A stretch of 61,998 bases of DNA, the filler included. It is 12 parts of 12 records of this genome, joined end to end, with 100 filler letters (N's around TTAATTAATTAA, not from the genome) between each part and the next. Parts side by side here need not be neighbours in the genome. Positions count along the whole stretch, not along the records: positions 1 to 6,504 come from SRR7504441_12362; positions 6,605 to 12,188 come from SRR7504441_12371; 10 more parts are not named here. One strand, written 5' to 3'. The notes under the pieces are model-generated. The model did not search any database, was not told the origin of the DNA, and saw nothing but the letters and a program-made list of their open reading frames with translations. This document shows, piece by piece, positions 1-10,541 of the stretch (position 1 is its first letter; each line of letters opens with the position of its first letter). Made by a program: the position numbers and the translations under genes.

Positions 1-573
1 CAGGAATACGGTTGGTCACCTTCACTGAAGCGAATGGAAAACCAGGAAGACGTGAGTGCCTTGCTTTGCACTCCCTGCGCGAAGTTTTGACATGCCTGCT
101 CTGTAGGTGCAACGGGTACACCCAGCGCTGAAACCACGACCAAAGAGCGAAGGAGACAATAAGAGCTTCATCCGCGCATGGCGTGAATACCTTTATGGCG
201 AGCTTGCAGCCATTCAAATGGAGGCACTTGACTTGTATGAAGAAAACGCTCAGAATGATCTCGAGTTACTACGAAAACAGGTCAGGCTAGTTGCTATGCC
301 GCCAAATGCGTGCACTCTTGTGATATCAATGTTTCTCAGGCTGAAATTCCTATGGAGAGTGACTATGATAGCCCGAAGTCTATACAACCAGCTTCCCCAA
401 TGAGTCCTGATTCTCCAATGGATGCTGCATCCAGGAGCTACCTCAGTGTTGCCTTGGACTGCAACATGAATCCAGATGAGATGGAGCCTGCTGTCCAAGC
501 AGCTCTGAAACGGTGCATCTCAAAGCTAATAAAAGTGAACACCAAGAAGATAGGCATTCAAGTCAAGAAGTGA
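1..573 (+). CDS. 3' part of a hypothetical protein (intron-containing, 5' end outside window)
   Basis: ORFs 107-403 and 310-573 can be joined by a GT..AG intron at about 281-339. Stop at 571-573 is followed by an AT-rich spacer. No recognisable domain. Confidence 0.4.
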
Positions 574-694
574 ACACCAAGCTAGATGATTAAGCTATGG
601 ATTACTTTTCGTCGATGACGCGCATAACTCAATAAACACCTCAATAATGACACACTACCCTAGTATACGTATCAAACGCAGACATTATACGTAA

Positions 695-3600
695 TCAACT
701 ATGCGGCGGTGGCGGTGGCGGTGGAGGTGAAGTGGGTGGAGACGGCGGAGGCGGGGAGGCGTCTGTTGGAGCCTCAAACGATGCCACGCTTATTTCAATG
801 CCACCATGGCTCTCGCGTGCAGGGCCAGGTGCGTGCACAGCAATTTCAATCGCTTGCTCCTTGCCACGCCCAACCTTCTTCCATGGTGGCTTCCCTCGCA
901 CGCGCTTGGCGGTGTTTGGTGAAGGTTTGCCACCGTCGGCTTGGCGAGCGAGGTAGGCTGCCTTGGCAGCAGCATACTCGGTATTGTCCCGCAGCACCAG
1001 TAAGCTGCAAGCGGAGATAGTCAGGGGCAGGCAACTAATGCAAGCAGTGGCTGACCTGCCATCTCGCAGAGAAAGAGGTGGCCTAGTCAGAGTTGAGCAC
1101 TCGGCATCGGGCAGCACTGATGAGTCCAGCCCCAACTCTACAGAATCCCACTTTAGCTTGGCTGCCATCCTGGCATTGTGCCCATCAGCCTCTGCCATCT
1201 AGAGTCTAGGGTGGCACCTAGTATCGAGCGGTGGCCCGAAGTTGCTTCCCTTGGCAATACCTAACCTTGGCTGACCGTGCTCGTCTTCGCCCTCCAGGCC
1301 AAAGTGCTTAGCCACCACGCTGCGAAGCTGGGCCCCAGTTGCATCCTTTCGGACGATCAGCTCCACCGCCCCGTCAATGCTCCGGCGCTCCGGATGCCAC
1401 AACCGGGCCTGTAGCACTAAGTCATCTTCAGTCACAGGCTCTGGCTCTCTCAGCAGCTGCACTACCAACTCGCGGCCATCCCTGAGCTTGGGCACGGCTT
1501 GCTGCAGTGTCTGCTCGCTGTCCAACAGAATCTTGCCGCACCGGCAACTGCTCGAAGTGTCTCTCAGCCTCACTGCCCGTGCCTCGGTATCCCGCCAGCC
1601 AGCTAGCCGGTCGGTCCAGTCAGAATTCTGGCTTAGTTGGACCATCTTGACCTCGAGCCTCCGCTTGAGCTCGGCCAGCGTCTCGTGCTTACGGGTGAGC
1701 ACCTTGACTAGAGGAGTGAAGGGCTTATCTACGTCCGAAGGCTCGTAAAGGAGCAGCTTCAATTTAAGTTCGCCCTCGCGCATCACTGCGCCTGCTGCTA
1801 CAAAGAGCGGGCTGCCATCAATCAAGTGCAGCGCTTCAAGAGTCATCGACTCGTCCTTGAGCTGTGGCGCCCGAGCGTTTCTTCTTAAATGGAACTTTTC
1901 AATCTGCCGCCAGGATGAGCAACAGAATAATCGCTAGGGCACATCTAGTTCAAGCCGCTCTGCTATCTGCTGCTTGGCCTGTTCAAGCCTGGAGCGCAGA
2001 TCAATCGCCAGCGCATGCCCAAAGTCGTGTGGCTTTTCTAGGCTGTTGAAGCACAGCTCGACCATGTACCTCTGCTCCTGGAAGTGGTGCAGCGCCCTGC
2101 CAGCGCTGCCCCAATCCACCCAAATCTGGACCCTTCGTTAAGCCTGACTTGCTGTGGCCTTGCCTGGTCTCCCGGGCTCATTCCAGCCTCCCTGAGCAGC
2201 AGCCCTTGCCCCTCGGAATCGTCCTCCAGCTGTAAGAGCTTCTCAGCAGCACAGAACACCAGCACTGCGTCTTGCTGCCCGTACGCTGCCTGCACCTGTC
2301 GCCTAGCTCTCGGCCCAGAGGAATGTGCAATTCGGCACCTCCGCACGCAGGCCTGCTACTGTAGCCTCGCGCTCGCCTGGGGCCGTCACCAGTCTGGGGT
2401 TAGCACCCTCGGCCGGGTTCTCAGGATCGAACAAGAGGCAGTGCACCACAAACTCGTGTGGGTTGAACCGGACAAACTGGACCCCCCTTTCCAGCGCCAG
2501 TCAGGCCCCTGCTCGCCTGCTCGTCTGGGGCTCTCACTTCGATCATCAGAGTCTCCTCGTGGCCTAGAGCGAGCCCCGAGAGTAGCGCGGCGCCGTCATC
2601 AAACGTCTCTCCTGCCAACAAGCCATGAGCAACACCCGTGCCAGGCTCGCCACCAGGACAGTTCCGGCTAAAGTTCCATTTGCGCAGCCTAAGACAGTCC
2701 GGTGCGGCCGACCCGTATCGTTCGAGCCCGCCAGCCTGCTGCATATCTCGCTGAATCTGTTCTACGGTCTGGTCCAACCATCAGTCCCGACTGTCGCTCG
2801 CTGGGGGTGCCTGCGCCACTGAGCAATAGTCCATCGTCATCAGATCGAGCGAGCCGGTGCCGTCGCAGGTGCGCACGTGCAGCTCGACTACGTGCAACGA
2901 GATCTGATAAGCCTCCATCAGACTAGAATACTCCGCGTCCTCGGCCAAGATCTCCTGTCCAGACGAATCGGCTACAGCCAGCCATCCAGCCCACCTCCCG
3001 CAGCTCGGATGATATAGCATCATCATCTCGCACCGGCGGCGGCTCGAGCGCTGCGCTCCTGTATTCGAGCATGTAAGCGTTCCCTGAAGAGTTCTTATCG
3101 GTCGGCAGGTCAACAGCCCCGAGCACAGCATCAAGCTCGCCCTGTCCGCAGGCTGAGCCGAGCACTCAGCCTGGCCCACCTGCTCGAGCTCCGTCACTTG
3201 GGCGTCGTTAAAGCAGTGCCAGATCCCGTCCAGGTTCTTTGCGTAGCACCAGTAGTGCCCCCTACGCCCAATCGGGCTGGCCCGTGTCGGCGGTCACCCG
3301 TGTGCTGTCCCGGAGTGGATCAGCACCGAAAACAGCTCATACTCAACGCAGCTGGTCGGGCCGTCCAGCTCTGCCCCGCGTCAGCCCGCCCCTCCCTGCC
3401 CGGACCCTCGGCGGCGCACGCCTTGAGACGCTCCGGGATCCGGATTGGTTGGTTTATCTTAAACTTTTCGCCCGTGACCATGTTGAACCCGAACCGCCTG
3501 CCCCGGCTCAGCAGCCCCCGAATGGCAGAGCCGACCGTAGATGGAGCGAGAGCAACGGTGGCAGCTTCTGTAGCACGAATCGCTTGTGCGCGTCCACACT

Positions 3601-4273
3601 GGCCGTCTGGCCGTCGACCGTGCATTGCCAGCCCTCGATCAGCTCAGGCAGCTGGTAGTTGTCGATGGCCTGCTCTAGCTGCGGAGCCAGGGGAAGCTGC
3701 AGGTCCTCAAACTCCACACTCTGCACCCGGCGCACTCCGTGCTCCGGCCAGCGCACGTCCTGGATCACATCGTGCAGCCCCCCGGTGTATAGCCGCTTCA
3801 GCTCTCCAAACTCCGGATGGGCCAGGCTGAGGGCATCAAATAGCACTCTGAGCAGCTCTTGCACGTCGTGCTGCACAAAAGCCTGGCCGCCGTCCCAGCC
3901 GAACGACTTTGTGAGATCCTTAGTCGAGACGGCCGCCCGTGAGGAGAGTTGAAGCCGGGCGAACAGGGCCTGAAGCTGGAGCGGGAGGCACTTTTCGGGC
4001 GGCGGGTGGCGGTCCGGATCATAACGGAAGTTATAGGCCATCATCCGGAACTCCGGGGTAAAGTAAAGCGCCTGCAGCAGGCTGTTCATGTAACAGGTGG
4101 CCGCCTGATTGTACAGCCCGGTGTGCTCCGACTGCTTGGGCGTGAAATAGCCGGCCCCGCTGCCCAGCCGTCGGCCCCGGCCGCGAGAGGGCGCACTGGC
4201 TCCGGATTTTCTCCCGGAGTGCCTCGCGGGCCTCGAGGTACCGCTCGACCTCAGCACCGCTGCACTCTGACAT
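695..4273 (-). CDS. Ubiquitin-specific protease (peptidase C19), USP40/USP47-like, multi-exon
   Basis: Cys box GLYNQAATCYMNSLLQALY and LTKSFGW..QHDVQEL motif. His box YELFSVLIHSGTAHG|GHYWCYAK..WHCFNDAQV is restored by removing a 36-nt intron (3262-3297). NAYMLEYR motif, then a long C-terminal region over several short introns. Internal exon borders only partly resolved. Confidence 0.85.
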
Positions 4274-4339
4274 TCAACCGGCTGGGTCCGTTACTTCGAA
4301 GTAACGGCCCTGGGTGGCAGAGCACCCAGGCAGGCCCCC

Positions 4340-5671
4340 ATGGCCCCGGGTGACGAGGAGGCGGCCCCCCCGTCAGCGGGAGCAGTCGGGATGCCCCCTG
4401 GTGACGAGGAGGCGGGCCAGCCATCGGGCCGGATAAAAGATGATGATCTGGACTCATCATCTTTCGCACCCGAGCCGCTGCCGCCGCCCGAGGTGAAGGT
4501 TCTGGCCCAGGACGGTGGGGTGCTCGACCGGTTTGCGCGGGTGAACCTTTCGCCCGAGGCCACCGCCCAGATGCGCAGCCGGACCCGGGCCTTCTACGCC
4601 CGGCAGAACCAGATCCTGGAGGCCTTTTCGATGGTCGAGCGCAAATACTATCCGCCGAGCGAGGAGGACTTGGAGGCCCCGCTGACCGGCGAGGCGCTCG
4701 AGCCAGATGGCGACAACAGCTGCGCGGCCTCGACGGCGATTCGAGTGAGCTTCTGGACCAACGTGGTTCTGCTGGGGCTGAAGCTGCTGGCGCTGATACT
4801 GAGCGGATCGATCGCGGTGCTGGCCTCGTTCCTGGACTCGTTCTTGGATCTTTTATCTGGACTCATCCTGGTGCTCACCGACTGGTGGATTTCCAAGCGG
4901 GACCCGTACCAGTACCCGCAGGGCAAGGCCCGTCTGGAGCCCGTGGGAACCATGTTGTTCGCGTGCGTGATGGGCATATCCTCGCTGCAGATCATTGTGG
5001 AAGCCATCAAGGTGATCGCGGCCGGTGGAGGCGATCTGAGTGCGGTGCCCCCGCCCGCAGACTGAATCCTGACCGGATGACAGGGGTATGTGGTGATCGG
5101 TATCATGGTGCTCACGGTGGTGGTCAAGCTGCTGCTCTGGGGCTACTGCGCTCACGTCGCCAAGGCCCACCACTCAAGTGCTGTTGAGGCTTACAGGGAC
5201 GACCATCGGAACGACGTCATGACCAACACGGTAGGGCTCGGGGCGCTGCTGACCGCCGTTTACGTCAGCTCGCTATGGTGGGCCGACCCATTGGGCGGGA
5301 CGGCGATCGCCTTGTACATCATCATCACTTGGTCTCAGACAGGGATCGAGCAGGTTCAGATGATCATTGGCAAAACTGCCGACCCGTCGTTCCTTCAAAA
5401 GCTGACTTATACAGTGTGCCGGCACGATGCGGATATACTGAAAGTTGACACGGTGAGGGCGTACCATTTTGGAGAACGGTTCCTTGTCGAGGTGGATATT
5501 GTGCTGCCGGAGGAGATGGAGCTGCGGCAGACTCATGACATCGCCGAGTCCCTGCAACAGGTGATTGAGGACTTCGAGGAGGTGGAGAGGGCATTCGTCC
5601 ATGTGGATTACGAGTACGATCATAGGCCGGTGGCCTGGGTAGACGGGGAGGACAAGCCACGCAGGATGTAG
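4340..5671 (+). CDS. Cation diffusion facilitator, Mn-CDF (MTP8/MTP11-like); intron 5045-5083
   Basis: SFLDSFLDLLSG (TM2 DxxxD), YPQGKARLEPVG, DHRND (TM5), DTVRAYHFG..VEVDIVLP..HDIAESLQ..ERAFVHVDYE. A 39-nt GT-AG intron with an in-frame TGA joins the two ORFs. Confidence 0.93.
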
Positions 5672-5862
5672 CATGCGCAGACGCAATTTAAATTTATAAG
5701 GTCGGATTTGGAGGCAAGCCCTATGCTAGCTTTCTGACAACAACCTCTACAGGAGATCACGACCACCAATTAAGAGCGAACCAACGACGTATGGCGGCTA
5801 ATCAATCAATTGAATTGACTAATAAACCGATTTGAACATACAACCGGTCGATTCATACATAA

Positions 5863-6504
5863 TCATTCAACCGCTCTAAGCTTATTCAGGATCTTGCTAG
5901 ACTCGAGTGGGCCGCAGCTGACACAGCTGCAGGTCTTGCCAGACTGCCCGCACGCCGGCCAGCGCACTTTGATCCTCGGGACTACGACCGTGGACACAGG
6001 AGCACTCAGAGCTCCACTGGGCTTCGTGGGCTTTAGATCGCGCAGCTCTAGCCCGGCTGGGCTGGATCGAGCATCCTGTTGCCTGTGACCGGAGGCTTGC
6101 TTGCTGTTTGCGTGCCCGGCTCCTTTCCCCTCGAGCGGTCCGACTGACCCTCGGCGTGCCCGGCTCAGAAATTTGCTCTTGGCCTCGGCTTGGAAATCGG
6201 CTACATTCTCAGGCTGTGAGACTGCTATGTTCTCTATTTCGGCCGGGTCGCTCGCATCGTAGAACGTCACTGATCCTCGCCGAACTGGCGGCTCCTTAGC
6301 CGGCGGCCGTGTGCTTAGCGCAGGTCTGGTCGGCGCATCGTCCTCGCCGTCGTCAGCCTGAGGACCTGGCTCTGTTCCGATGGACCGCTCCAGCCGCGCT
6401 TGGAGCTGGCGCGCCCGCACCAGCTTCTCCCGCTCTGCGCTGCTCGCCTGCCCGCCAGCACGCGCCGCAGGTGTCCCGATCGACCGCTCCAGCCGCTCCT
6501 GCAC
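5863..6504 (-). CDS. 3' part of a low-complexity hypothetical protein (truncated by contig end)
   Basis: Open frame runs to the gap. Duplicated RLERSIGT motif and two RRGSV motifs. Confidence 0.45.
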   Translation of the reverse strand: MQERLERSIGTPAARAGGQASSAEREKLVRARQLQARLERSIGTEPGPQADDGEDDAPTRPALSTRPPAKEPPVRRGSVTFYDASDPAEIENIAVSQPENVADFQAEAKSKFLSRARRGSVGPLEGKGAGHANSKQASGHRQQDARSSPAGLELRDLKPTKPSGALSAPVSTVVVPRIKVRWPACGQSGKTCSCVSCGPLESSKILNKLRAVE

Positions 6505-6604
6505 NNNNNNNNNNNNNNNNNNNNNNNNNNNNNNNNNNNNNNNNNNNNTTAATTAATTAANNNNNNNNNNNNNNNNNNNNNNNNNNNNNNNNNNNNNNNN
6601 NNNN
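6505..6604. other. Artificial contig linker
   Basis: 44 N + TTAATTAATTAA (stop in all six frames) + 44 N. Confidence 0.99.
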
Positions 6605-7516
6605 AGAAATGGGCTTGGCATTCTGATTTGCTTGTCCAGCATTGACAAAGAATCCCGTGTGGATATCGTTAAAGCCTAGCTTTGGTAAATGATAGTGTTC
6701 GTTTTGGGGGACACAAAAGTCTTCGATCGGTGCAAGAATCGGCAGATACTCACCTTGCAGCTCCCGTCGTGCAGCCATTACATGGACTGGAACTGTATCA
6801 TCGTCACCAGTGGTATCACTAAAAATCCCCTGTCCTGGTTGTATTTCCTTGATGACCCATACGCCAACTCCTTCTGTGTGATATTGGCTGGGAGAGACTC
6901 GTGTGCGCATGCTCTGCAACCGCTCCACGAGCTGCGCGACCGCTCTGGAATCGCTCTGCTTGTACTTAAGCTCATTGGCCGCAGGAGGCACAAGCCGAGC
7001 GATCCCAGAGCGGGTCGGCCCGCGGCCGCAATCGTAGCCGCCACGGGACATGAGCAGCTCTTCTCCGGGCTTGATGAGCTTGGTGGCGCGCATCGTCAGG
7101 AAGCCCTCTGGTCCAGGTCTCTGCACCTTGACCTCCTCGACGTTGCACTCCTCTGGATTCGAGCCGAAATTCACATAACAGCTGAGGGGCGGCGACTCGA
7201 GCCCTTCCGCGGGCACCGCCCAACTTTGATGCTTGTCGCAGGCGCAGAGCTGCCTGGTCAGCTTTTGCACCTCGCTCGCCAGCTTCCGGAACTCACCCTT
7301 GGGCAAAACCGTGTCCGGCATCGGTCTGGTCAGCAGGGGCTCTGTTCCTGGCTCAATTAGCCTGATCGCTTTTACAGTGACGAAGCCATGCGCCTCCCGC
7401 TCTCCGGCGAACAACCGGCAGAAGACGGTCTTCTTCAGCCACTCGAGACACTCGGCCTCGTTCTGCTCAGCCCGGCCGGCCGCCCCCGGGCTTAAGCCCC
7501 CCGGGCTCCGAGGCAT
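6605..7516 (-). CDS. Protein with two tandem SET-like domains (3' end truncated)
   Basis: SET 1: HGFVTVKAI..CYVNFG..CNV..MRATKLIKPGEELLMSRGGY. SET 2: VSPS..EGVGVWVIKEIQPGQ..GFFVNAG..NAK. Start codon uncertain. Confidence 0.7.
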
Positions 7517-7571
7517 CTCCCGGGGTGGCCGTTGCAGGATCTAGGAGCAACGGAACATAAACGGACCTGCG

Positions 7572-8786
7572 ATGCGTGAAGTGCTCCAGCGCATCGTCGG
7601 TCGGTTCCCGCCAGTCGACTTTGCGATGGCGTACGGCAGCGGCGTGTTCGCTCAGACAGGCTACACGGCAGCCCAGGCGCGTGGCCAGCTGCCGGTTGGC
7701 TCAGCGCGAGGCAGAAGCCCATGATCGACTTTATCTTCGGGGTGCGCGACTCGGCCAGCTGGCACCGCGAGAACCTCAAGACCAACCGAGAGCACTACGC
7801 CGCGCTGGGCGCCCCACTGAGCTGATCAGCCGTGCTGACGCCGCGCTGGCCAGGTCGGCTGGGCGGGGCGGAGTGCGTCAGCTGGGTCCAGCGCCAGTTT
7901 GGGCAACGGATCTACTACCATCCGTTCGTGGAGGTGCAGGGTTCGCCCGTCAAGTACGGGGTGATGCAGCTGAGGTGCCCGGGGGCTTGGACTGGCCGCA
8001 CCGGCTGGGCAGTGACCTTGAGGCCGATCTGAATAGCTGGGAGACCCTGTTCGTCAGCGGCAGGCTGCACAAGCCCTGCGCGGTGCTCAGCGCTCCAGAG
8101 AGCACGGCGGCCCTGCAGCGGCGCAACCTGGGGCACGCGCTGGTGGCCGCTGCCGGGGCTCACTGGCCGAGCGCTGGGGGCAGCACTCGGCGCTGCTGCT
8201 GCTGCCTGCGCGGTGCAGCCGCGTGGATCTGTGGGAAGCGATAGCTGGGCTATCCTATTGCGGAGACCCGAGGTTCGCTCTCGGGGCCGAGAACCCGCAG
8301 AAGGCACTGCCAGGGCAGCACGTGTGGCGCTTAGCGTTGGACTAGGTGAAGAACATTGTAAGTGCGGATCCGAGCCGGTTTGACTCGTGGTACCAAGAAA
8401 CAGTCGACAAGCTGCCGTGGCTGCACGCCGGTACACTCGGATGGCCCAACGCGTGGAGAGCCCTGGCTGCGGCAGGTGCTGAGCACGTCGAGCATGCGGG
8501 AGGGGCGGCGGTGCAGCAGCAGCTGTGGGATGGGTTGCCCGAAGTGCTGCAACGGGAGCTGGGAGATTCAACAGCTGCGAGTCAGCATGGTGAGGAGCAA
8601 GTACGACTAAAGGTGCTCGGGCGGCCGGTTCGGTTCGTTAGGTTGAAGCTGTAGGTGCACCATGCGTTGGGGGGTGTCGTGCGCAACCGGGCTGCTGTGC
8701 AAGCGGTTAAAGGGGTGTTGTCTGCCGGTGTGATCAAGTCCGCAAAGTATGCGTGGGCAAAACGCGCCAAAAACATCAAAAAGTAA
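7572..8786 (+). CDS. TAM41: Mitochondrial phosphatidate cytidylyltransferase TAM41, multi-exon
   Basis: Spliced translation gives FAMAYGSGVFAQ, PMIDFIFGV..WHRENL..HY, IYYHPFV, KYGV, WETLFVSGRLHKP, LSYCGDPR, KVKNIV-like and AVKGVLSAGVIKSAKYAW. The ORF track misses it because of several short introns. Confidence 0.9.
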
Positions 8787-8903
8787 ACCCAGTTAAAAAT
8801 ATTTGATCGTGTGTGCACAAATGATATGTTAGTAATACATGTAGTACCGCATGCTTAGTCGCATGGCAAGCTTAGTCGCACTTATATGGCAAGCTACAGT
8901 AGT

Positions 8904-9913
8904 CTAAGAGAACAGCTCAAAACACCTGGCACGCTGCCGCGGAACGAACTCAGACTCCGACGAAAACACCGAATCGGCGTACCCCGGCGGGTCCATCGCA
9001 ACTGGAACCGCCCTCTGGGCCTGGTCATCCCGCGCTTGCATCCGCACGCACGCGTATCGAGCTTGCGAAGCCCTCTGGGTGCCAGTTAAGCTCTCGTCAA
9101 ATGCCACATGATAGCGCTGGGCCTCGACAACAACCCCACTGACGTTAACCTGTGCCCACCTGTGAGGGAGTCCTGGTCAATTGTTGGGCCGACCTTGTCA
9201 AATATGGCCAGCCAAGCGGCGGAGCCAGCCGCTCGCCAATCGGGCGACCAGTCCACTGCTCGATACTCTGCAGGAGAAGAGGCCCAAGCGAGCTCGGCCT
9301 GCACAGTGGCCCGGCCAACCACTGCAGGCAGGCTGACTTCTATCGCAAAGTGCCCCATTGCTCGACAGCTGGGCCCGTCGCACGCCAGCGACCAGTTAGC
9401 GAACTTGAACCTGGCGTCGAGCGGCTGGCCAGCTGCGGCCTCCCTGGGTTGTGAGAGCCCCAGGCACGGGAAGTCTAGGCTCTGGCCGCACCCGGTGCCA
9501 GCCAGCAGCCAGGGGGACACGCACACGGTGCGCGGCGCGGGCTGGCCAAGCGGATAGATGATATCGAACTGCGTACTGAAGACGGTAGAACAGTTGCCGA
9601 GCCGCCCCGGGCCAGTCGGGGGCAGTGTGTGCCCCTGGAAGATGGTGGCTGCGGCCGGGGCCGGCGCCCATTCGGCCCGGTCCACTCGCAAGTAGGCCGA
9701 AGCTGTGGCCGGCAGCAGGGCCGAGCTGGTGCGAGCTATCCAAATGAAATGGCCGTAGCTGCGGCACAGCCCCCCACTGCACAGCGTGCTGGACGAGTCC
9801 TCGCCGACCTCGACAATCGGGTCAATCCGAATAGGTGGCGACCCCTGGCGACACGCCAGCGGGACCGCACCGAGCGCCGCCGCGGGCAACGCCAAAAGCA
9901 CTGCGAGCTGCAT
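8904..9913 (-). CDS. Hypothetical secreted protein with an internal duplication
   Basis: Signal peptide MQLAVLLALPAAALG and two CxGxxCRxxGHF motifs. The 3' exon (8904-9107) linkage is uncertain; the gene may end at 9086. Confidence 0.55.
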
Positions 9914-9952
9914 CCCCCGAGCGATTTAACGGAAGATTTGCTTTCTGAGAGC

Positions 9953-10397
9953 ATGAGCTCGCCGCAGAGGCACCAGCTGGATCAGCACCCGACGGGGCTG
10001 GCCGGGGAGCAGGCCATGATGGCCCGGCGGCGGCTGTACGACAGGGAGCAGCAGTACAAGCACCAACACGCGATGGTCCGCCCGAGCCCCGCACTGGCGG
10101 CCCACCCGCTGGCCCAGGAGGAGATCGCCCGTGCCGAGCACTTCGCTGAGACTGTCCGGCAGAACGCGGTGCCGCGGCCTCCGCACATGGCGCACGGGTG
10201 CATGCTCCCCGCGTCGTTGGGGCTGAGGGGCGCGGCAGCGTGCCCAGTCCGACCCAGCACCGGAGAGAGACGATGGCTATGATGGACCGACAGGCGATGA
10301 ACGAGCGCAAGCTCCGCCAGGTGGCCAACTAGGTGCCCGACTGAGCCGTGGTTGCAGGCGCTGCTGTTAGCTAGTACCGGCGACCGGCGGCTATGAC
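9953..10397 (+). CDS. Small hypothetical protein (probable short introns)
   Basis: ATG at 9953 (MSSPQRHQLDQHP...), coding-like codon use, head-to-head with the 9913 gene. 3' end uncertain. Confidence 0.35.
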
Positions 10398-10541
10398 GTC
10401 GGTGCGGGGACTGAGATGTAATAATAGAGTGAGGAGAACGTACTCGTATAAAACTTGTAAGAGCTTTCATGATAGTTACATGTAATTACGAACAGTTCGG
10501 CGGCACGGATGCTCGCCTGATTAGTTAAAAACACCGCGCGG

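Noticed and set aside
4340-4416. Direct repeat ATGsCCCCkGGTGACGAGGAGGCGG x2
   Set aside because: A short coding duplication (M[A/P]PGDEEA) in a disordered N-terminus; no sign of a mobile element.
5045-5083. In-frame TGA as selenocysteine, readthrough or an alternative genetic code (also 3262-3297, 45691-45732)
   Set aside because: Each lies within a GT-AG segment whose removal restores conserved motifs, and TAA, TAG and TGA all end genes normally here.
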